Source: an uncultured archaeon (GTDB lineage Archaea; Asgardarchaeota; Thorarchaeia; Thorarchaeales; Thorarchaeaceae). From it: a stretch of DNA of 64,000 bases. The notes beneath the pieces are model-generated. The model was not told the origin of the DNA and searched no databases. It saw only the letters and a list, made by a program, of their open reading frames with translations. Positions 58,224 to 64,000 of this stretch are shown here, one piece after another. The stretch covers positions 1 to 64,000 of the forward strand of contig CAZLEV010000005.1 of assembly GCA_964558645.1 (NCBI GenBank), in the 5' to 3' direction. Position 1 is the first letter of the stretch; every line of letters begins with the position of its first letter. A program made the translations under genes and the position numbers.

Positions 58224-59165
58224 ATGCCCCCATACGATATCCACAAAGAGGTTCTTAGCGGAGTACACTTGATACGAGGCGCGGATAGAGCCAGATTCCC
58301 GCAGGCAAACTCGCTATTGATCGATGACGAGGTTCTAACCCTCATAGACGCAGGAGCCGAATTACATCATATTGAAAAAACCCTGCATGCTCTGGGTCAC
58401 GAGTTGAGGGATATTGAACGGATAGTCCTGACCCACTTTCATATCGATCACAAGGGCCATGCAGAAGAAATCAGGCAGGTCGCTGATTGTGAAGTTATTT
58501 GTCATCCCAGCGGGGAGAAGGGAGTGACAACCTTCGAGGGAATGGTTGAGTTCTATGGCATCTCGGGGCACGAATACTTCGATGAGTGGGAGTCCTACCT
58601 GAAGAATCGGTTGCCACACGTGACTTCAGACTATGTAGTGACTGGCTTCTTTGAGGACGGAGACCGAATCAACTGTGGGGCCGTCGACCTTGTCGCAATG
58701 CATACTCCGGGTCACACCTTAGACCATACGTGTTTTGGCATAGGTGAAACCAAGACTGTCTTCCTTGTTGACATCGATTTGACCAAGTTCGGGGCGTGGT
58801 ATGGGAACATTGTGAGTGATATCGATGACTTCCGCAGGTCAATTCAAAGGATTATTGACCATAGGCCCGTGATGGGGATCAGTAGCCATTTGCTCGAACC
58901 CGTGACCGACGGCCTACTTGAACGCCTGTACGACTACTTGCTTGACCTCGACAGGCGAGAGAGGAGAATCTTGAAGGCAATAGACGATGGATATGATACC
59001 ATAGAGAAGCTGAAGAATCGTCCAACTATCTACCCGCGGATTCCTCACAAGCTCTTCTACATCTTTGAGGAGTTCATGTTGAAGAAACACATCTCGGAAC
59101 TCACTGCTAGAGGTCTTGTTGAGAAGGATAATGACAAGATCCTTCTGACACATAAAGAGAGATGA
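58224..59165 (+). CDS. Metallo-beta-lactamase fold hydrolase
   Basis: 'LIDAG', 'THFHIDH', 'TPGHT', 'SSH'; start uncertain (ORF from 58125). Confidence 0.85.
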   Translation: MPPYDIHKEVLSGVHLIRGADRARFPQANSLLIDDEVLTLIDAGAELHHIEKTLHALGHELRDIERIVLTHFHIDHKGHAEEIRQVADCEVICHPSGEKGVTTFEGMVEFYGISGHEYFDEWESYLKNRLPHVTSDYVVTGFFEDGDRINCGAVDLVAMHTPGHTLDHTCFGIGETKTVFLVDIDLTKFGAWYGNIVSDIDDFRRSIQRIIDHRPVMGISSHLLEPVTDGLLERLYDYLLDLDRRERRILKAIDDGYDTIEKLKNRPTIYPRIPHKLFYIFEEFMLKKHISELTARGLVEKDNDKILLTHKER

Positions 59166-59193
59166 GCTCAAGAAGAGCTCATCGTCTGAGCAG

Positions 59194-59979
59194 TCACTTG
59201 TGTTTGAACTCAGGCTTTCGCTTCTCCAAGAAAGCGTCCACGCCTTCTTCCATGTCCTCGGTATCGAATGTCTTGCAGAAGACATCCACTTCAAAGTCGA
59301 GGTTGTCGCCCAATGGCAGTGTCCACGCCCTGTTGAGTGATGCCTTAGCGAAGTCTAATGCGACACCCGCCTTCTGAGCTAGCTTCTTGGCAAGTGCCTC
59401 TGTGGCCTCGTACAGCGATTCACAATCATCAAAGACCTTGTTGACCAGGCCTATTCGATAAGCCTCTTGGGCATCTATCTGATCTCCGGTGTAGACCAGT
59501 TCCTTGGCCAGGCCTAGCCCGACCAGTCTCGGAAGCCTCACTGTTCCCCCGAATCCGGGTATGATTCCAAGGTTGATCTCAGGTTGCCCGAACTTGGCAT
59601 TAGCCGATGCATATCGGATATCGCACGACATTGCAATCTCACAGCCACCGCCCAAAGCAAAGCCATTGACTGCTGCAATGATTGGCTTGGACATGGACTC
59701 AATATACTTGCACAGATTCTGCCCATTCTCAGCCAAGGGTCGTACGCTGGCCGAGTCTTTGCCTTTGAATTCAGAGATGTCAGCACCAGCAGCAAAGGCC
59801 TTCTCCCCTGCTCCTGTCAAGACCACAACACGCACAGAATCGTCCGCTTCTGCATTCTTCATCAGATCGGTTATCTTTTTGACCACAGCAGAGTTCAATG
59901 CATTGTACTTCATCGGTCGGTTGATAGTGATAGTTGCGACTCCAGAATCTGCCTTGTATAGAACGTCATCCTCTGTCAT
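59194..59979 (-). CDS. Enoyl-CoA hydratase (crotonase)
   Basis: 'AFAAGADI', 'ALGGGCE', 'FGQPEINLGIIPGFGGT'. Confidence 0.93.
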   Translation of the reverse strand: MTEDDVLYKADSGVATITINRPMKYNALNSAVVKKITDLMKNAEADDSVRVVVLTGAGEKAFAAGADISEFKGKDSASVRPLAENGQNLCKYIESMSKPIIAAVNGFALGGGCEIAMSCDIRYASANAKFGQPEINLGIIPGFGGTVRLPRLVGLGLAKELVYTGDQIDAQEAYRIGLVNKVFDDCESLYEATEALAKKLAQKAGVALDFAKASLNRAWTLPLGDNLDFEVDVFCKTFDTEDMEEGVDAFLEKRKPEFKHK

Positions 59980-60136
59980 TTTCCACTCCTCTTCGAGATT
60001 ACAGGCAAGAACCCTGTTTTACCGGGTAATAAGGCTTCGCGACAAGTTCTTGGAACATGTGTTCTAACACCTATGGCCAGATTTATGTATCGGTTTGGAA
60101 CGAACGGAAGAATAAGAGAAAACAGGGTGATAAGAG

Positions 60137-60496
60137 ATGTACCAGACGAGAAGGCAACAGGTCTGGAAAGACTCGCTGCTCGCAATGAAGAAAGCCATTG
60201 AGTCAACATACAGGTTGCGGACATCGGCGTCTGAACAGGAGCTGTTCGTCGACGCCTGGCACCCGGAATGCGCCGGCCGAGAACAAGACATCGTCTTTTG
60301 TGGCTATCGGAGAAATGAAGGCTGGCGACGGATGCGGGATATTACTCAGATTATTGACGAAACAATCGGGGAGCTGGACTCTTGCGACGTTAGGAGTGGA
60401 ACCGCCCTCTACCTTCAGACCCTGCGTGATGTGGCTCTGTTCTCCAAGTGGTCGAAGATTCTTGAAACGTCAGCAATAGAGAAAAAGAGTGAGTGA
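60137..60496 (+). CDS. Hypothetical protein
   Basis: 119-aa ORF filling the gap. Confidence 0.6.
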   Translation: MYQTRRQQVWKDSLLAMKKAIESTYRLRTSASEQELFVDAWHPECAGREQDIVFCGYRRNEGWRRMRDITQIIDETIGELDSCDVRSGTALYLQTLRDVALFSKWSKILETSAIEKKSE

Positions 60497-60513
60497 AGGG
60501 GAAACCCCCTTCA
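60494..60513. terminator. Hairpin between convergent genes
   Basis: TGAAGGGG-AAAC-CCCCTTCA. Confidence 0.5.
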
Positions 60514-60518
60514 TTGAA

Positions 60519-60959
60519 CTAGACAAGCCACTTGTAGGTGATCTTTTTCGAGTCAACGGACTCTTCGATCGTTTCAAAGCCGAGTTTCAGGGCCATTCCA
60601 ACTTCTGGCTGACTCATGAGGTTCGTGATATGTGCTGTCAGACGTAGTCCAGAGGGAAACTCTCCTATGCCCACAACATAGGGGGCACGTGAAGACATGC
60701 TCTCTGGCGGGAAGTCTACTATCACATAGCTGTAGAGTGTCGCCTCTCGCTCGGTGAACTCCTTGAGCTCGGACTTAGTCATGCATTTCTGGCAATATTC
60801 GCGTGGGGGAAGATACTCAGTGTTACACTCCGGACACACGCTCTTCATGATCTTCTTGTCGTCCAGTGCCGACAAGAACTTCCGATAGAATGGTGTGACG
60901 GCTTTGTCAGTCGTATAACCCAGATAGATGTCTTTGTCTTTTTCAGTCATGCTTACCAA
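60519..60959 (-). CDS. DUF35 Zn-ribbon/OB-fold protein (thiolase partner)
   Basis: 'CPECNTEYLPPREYCQKC', 'APYVVG'; overlaps the thiolase stop. Confidence 0.9.
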   Translation of the reverse strand: MVSMTEKDKDIYLGYTTDKAVTPFYRKFLSALDDKKIMKSVCPECNTEYLPPREYCQKCMTKSELKEFTEREATLYSYVIVDFPPESMSSRAPYVVGIGEFPSGLRLTAHITNLMSQPEVGMALKLGFETIEESVDSKKITYKWLV

Positions 60960-62140
60960 CCCCTCTCAAAGATGAAGACATTGACGAACTGTCCGGATTG
61001 ACCCACATTGTGGGCCAGTCCCAGCTTAACATCGTCAATCTGCCGAGATGGCTCCTCAGATTCCCCTCTCATCTGCTTCATTATTTCATATGTCATGGAT
61101 ACGCCTGTCGCACCAAGCGGATGGCCTTTGCTCTTCAGACCTCCGTCGCAGTTGACCGGTATCTTGCCATCATGATAGACTTCCTTGTTCTCGATGAGCT
61201 CGCGACCTTTGCCGGGTTCTGCGAAACCAAGGTCTTCGTAGGCTATCAACTCGGCAATCGTGAAGCAGTCGTGCACTTCTGCCATATTAATATCCTTGGG
61301 CTCGACACCAGCCATCTTGTAAGCGGCCTTGGCTGCTCTCTTCGCTCCAGGTATCGATGTCAGACTCTCACGGCTCTGGATCATCATCGAGGAAGCTCCC
61401 GCACCAATGCCCTTAATCCACATGGGTTCGTCTGTGAATTCCTTCACTCTGTCTTCCGCCGCAATTACAACGGCCGCCGCACCATCACTAATGAGAGAAC
61501 AGTCGTAGAGATTGAGAGGTCTGCAGATTGGAATGGCATTGTTTGCCTCCTCAAGAGATACTTCTCGAGGAAGATGTGCCTTTGGGTTCTGGGCTCCATA
61601 GTGATGGGACTTAACTGCAATCTTCGACAGAACCTCATGAGGCAAGTCGTACTCCGCCATATATCTCGAGGCCATCAATGCATAGAAGGCGGGGAATGAG
61701 ATCCCATAGGGGTATTCCCAGCGCATGTCTCCGGCCTGACTCATATATTCCGTGGCAGTGGATGACGAAACACGATTCATCTGTTCGACACCAAGTACAA
61801 GCATCACATCATACAGGCCTGAAGCTACCATTCCCCACGCCGCCCGTAAGGAAGCGGTGCCGGTAGTGCACGCAGATTCCACTCTCAGATGCGGTTTGTC
61901 ATGAAGACCCAGATAGTCCGCAATCAGGGCAGAGCCTGCTCCCTGACCCGTGAATTGGGATGCCGCATAGGAGAGAACAGTCGCATCAATCATGTCTTGA
62001 GTTATTCCTGCATCATAGATCGGCTTGTAGGCCTCTGCAGTCAGTTCACGCATCGTTGCGTCTAGACGCTTACCGAACTTCGCATGGCCTCCAGCTACAA
62101 CAGCTACTTTTCTCGCCATTTTTTCTACCTCCATGGGCAA
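60953..62140 (-). CDS. Thiolase (archaeal SCP-x-like acetyl-CoA acyltransferase)
   Basis: 'ESACTTG', 'DCSLISDGAAA', 'EVHDCF', 'GHPLGATG'. Confidence 0.92.
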   Translation of the reverse strand: MPMEVEKMARKVAVVAGGHAKFGKRLDATMRELTAEAYKPIYDAGITQDMIDATVLSYAASQFTGQGAGSALIADYLGLHDKPHLRVESACTTGTASLRAAWGMVASGLYDVMLVLGVEQMNRVSSSTATEYMSQAGDMRWEYPYGISFPAFYALMASRYMAEYDLPHEVLSKIAVKSHHYGAQNPKAHLPREVSLEEANNAIPICRPLNLYDCSLISDGAAAVVIAAEDRVKEFTDEPMWIKGIGAGASSMMIQSRESLTSIPGAKRAAKAAYKMAGVEPKDINMAEVHDCFTIAELIAYEDLGFAEPGKGRELIENKEVYHDGKIPVNCDGGLKSKGHPLGATGVSMTYEIMKQMRGESEEPSRQIDDVKLGLAHNVGQSGQFVNVFIFERGW

Positions 62141-62356
62141 CTCAGCTCGTGCCCCGGATATGTGATTATAGAGTTACGCTAGGTTTGAAGGGGAGGTCTT
62201 AAGGTTGACGGAAGGTCATATGCGGCCAATCTACACAGTCCGTTCTCAGCACCTGCTGATGTCCCGATGCCACGTGTGGCCACACAGCATGGAAGAACAG
62301 TCACCATAGAAACGCAACAGTGAAGTACATAAGAATAATCTAGTTGGCCGAACATC

Positions 62357-62692
62357 ATGGTCAAACCACCTCGATACCAAGCAATGGACAATGCACGCCA
62401 GCACGAGATTCCAGCTGCATTTGAAAGACACAAAAGTGCGGAGTTCCGGATGAAGAAGATAGAACCAAGAGAACCAAAAGAGAGAATTCCAGGTCCTCTA
62501 CCTAGACCGACCTTCCAAGTTCTGGACACGAAGGGAAACTTGGCAGCGTTCTTTCATCCAAGCGGGCATGCAGAGTGCAGAGATGAGTCTTTCAGAGCAA
62601 TCTTTGACAGGATGCAAAGAAACATCGAAAGAGCCGCAAATAAAGCCCTAGATGATTTCGAAAAGAGCCAAAAGAGACTGAAGGAAAAATAG
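62357..62692 (+). CDS. Hypothetical protein
   Basis: 111-aa ORF filling the gap. Confidence 0.6.
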   Translation: MVKPPRYQAMDNARQHEIPAAFERHKSAEFRMKKIEPREPKERIPGPLPRPTFQVLDTKGNLAAFFHPSGHAECRDESFRAIFDRMQRNIERAANKALDDFEKSQKRLKEK

Positions 62693-62698
62693 TGGGAA

Positions 62699-62719
62699 GA
62701 CCCCGACCTCTGCGGGGTC
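62699..62719. terminator. Hairpin between convergent genes
   Basis: GACCCCG-N7-CGGGGTC. Confidence 0.45.
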
Positions 62720-62729
62720 CCGGAATTAT

Positions 62730-63551
62730 CTACTCGCCGGTGAACTTGCCGCGACGCTTCTCAAACACGGCTGAAATGCCTTCGGCCAGGTCTTTCGTCT
62801 TGAAGCATTCTACTGCAGCCTCAACCTCGAACTCGAGATTGTCATCATAGTCGTCCTCAAAGGCCATATGAGTGGCCTTCTTAGCATATTTCAGTGCAAT
62901 AGGTGCATTACCGCCTAGCTTGGCACCATACCACATGGCTTGGCTCATCAGCTCTTCAGGTGATGTGACCTTGCTCACAAGATTGAGCTCCAGTGCTTCT
63001 TGGGCCGTTATCTGACCGCCCGTCAGGATGAGTTCCATAGCCTTACCAAGACCGATGATTCGTGGCAAACGCACACAACCACCCCATGCGGGGATAAGAC
63101 CGAGGCTCACCTCAGGAGTACCAATCTTTGCCTCTTCGTCGGCTATTCTGATATCACATGCGAGGGCAATCTCTGTACCGCCTCCCAGACATAGACCATG
63201 GATTGCAGCAATAACCGGCTTGCTGAGGGTCGCAATCTTATCGATTGCCTTCTGTCCCTGTGCAACCAGATCCTTGACTTCGTCGGGCTTCCCGAGGAGA
63301 CCTTGCGCCATCTTAAGGTCTGCACCTGTACAGTACACTTTGTCGTGTGCAGAAGCAAGAACCACAGAACGAATCTCGGGATCCTTTTCGGCTTCATCGA
63401 GGGCTGCTACTAGGTCCTCAATGAATTGGTCATTGATTGCGTTCAACGCGTCAACACGATTGAACTTGATTACAGCGGTGTTCTTGGCAGGCGAAAGAAA
63501 AGAACCTGCCTTCTCGTATAGCATTGTCTCAAACTCTGGTATTGTAACCAC
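62730..63551 (-). CDS. Enoyl-CoA hydratase/isomerase
   Basis: 'YCTGADL', 'CLGGGTE', 'GTPEVSLGLIPAWGG'. Confidence 0.92.
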   Translation of the reverse strand: MVTIPEFETMLYEKAGSFLSPAKNTAVIKFNRVDALNAINDQFIEDLVAALDEAEKDPEIRSVVLASAHDKVYCTGADLKMAQGLLGKPDEVKDLVAQGQKAIDKIATLSKPVIAAIHGLCLGGGTEIALACDIRIADEEAKIGTPEVSLGLIPAWGGCVRLPRIIGLGKAMELILTGGQITAQEALELNLVSKVTSPEELMSQAMWYGAKLGGNAPIALKYAKKATHMAFEDDYDDNLEFEVEAAVECFKTKDLAEGISAVFEKRRGKFTGE

Positions 63552-63605
63552 CTTCCTGGAAACTGTATTATTGCATTTGAAACCGCCACTTATAAAGAGT
63601 TCACA

Positions 63606-63637
63606 GAAAAAGGGGGACGGTAGGGCGAAGCCCTACC
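63606..63637 (-). terminator. Hairpin plus U-tract after the 3-hydroxyacyl-CoA dehydrogenase gene
   Basis: GGTAGGGC-N3-GCCCTACC followed on the minus strand by GTCCCCCTTTTT. Confidence 0.55.
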
Positions 63638-63646
63638 TATAGAGGA

Positions 63647-64000
63647 TCACTGCAACATCTTGGGAACGCTGTAGCACTCGCCGTGCTTTTCCTCGAGTTC
63701 CGCAATCTTTTTCTTCACAGTGTCCAGCCCATATTCTTCAGCCATCTCAAAGGGCCCTTTGGGGAAGCTAGCGCCAAGTTTCATGGCCTTGTCGATGTCC
63801 TCCTTGGCGGCAATGCCCTCGTCAACGAGAATCATCGCCTCGCGGATGACAGGAATAGTGATTCTGTCCACCAACCAGTCAGGGTCCACACCTTTTGGTT
63901 CAGGGGGTTCAGTCTGTGTTCCACCATATTCGTAGAAACCCTTCTTTGACTTGGTACCGATGTGCCCATTGTCAACAAGCTCCTTCAGAGTATCAGGTGG
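63647..64000 (-). CDS. 3-hydroxyacyl-CoA dehydrogenase, C-terminal part (truncated by the window edge)
   Basis: Frame continues to the window edge: 'GHIGTKSKKGFYEY'; 'EAMILVDEGIA..EDIDKAMKLG...PKGPF'. Confidence 0.88.
   Translation of the reverse strand, partial: PPDTLKELVDNGHIGTKSKKGFYEYGGTQTEPPEPKGVDPDWLVDRITIPVIREAMILVDEGIAAKEDIDKAMKLGASFPKGPFEMAEEYGLDTVKKKIAELEEKHGECYSVPKMLQ

Noticed and set aside
1-64000. tRNA/rRNA genes, CRISPR arrays, transposases/integrases, selenoprotein or pyrrolysine read-through
   Set aside because: No cloverleaf, spaced direct-repeat array, recombinase motif or in-frame stop splitting a recognisable domain was seen by eye; tRNAscan/Infernal would be needed to exclude them fully

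Overview
Gene-dense, roughly 49% GC archaeal window with no rRNA, tRNA, CRISPR array or mobile element that I can recognise. The gene content (longin-wHTH protein, presenilin-like GxGD protease, PDCD5, PAC2, Thr-linker peptide-binding protein, GlpABC plus beta-oxidation genes) points to an Asgard archaeon, probably Thorarchaeia; this is inferred, not searched. Ordinary parts are a peptide ABC transporter (3.4-11.8 kb), housekeeping genes (31.6-46 kb) and a glycerol-3-phosphate/lipid catabolism region (46-64 kb). The best candidates for new biology are: (1) a locus at about 19.7-30.3 kb with four vWA domains, three Cdc48-N-like domains lacking an ATPase, an intact amidohydrolase, and a divergently encoded, catalytically degenerate fusion copy of the amidohydrolase plus Cdc48N-vWA pair; (2) an adjacent E2F/DP-like transcription factor (RRIYD winged helix, coiled coil, DP-like tail) with repeated palindromes upstream; (3) a 1142-aa GCS2/YbdK-type carboxylate-amine ligase fused to about six cytoplasmic Ig-like domains. 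All family calls come from reading motifs by eye, with no database searches.
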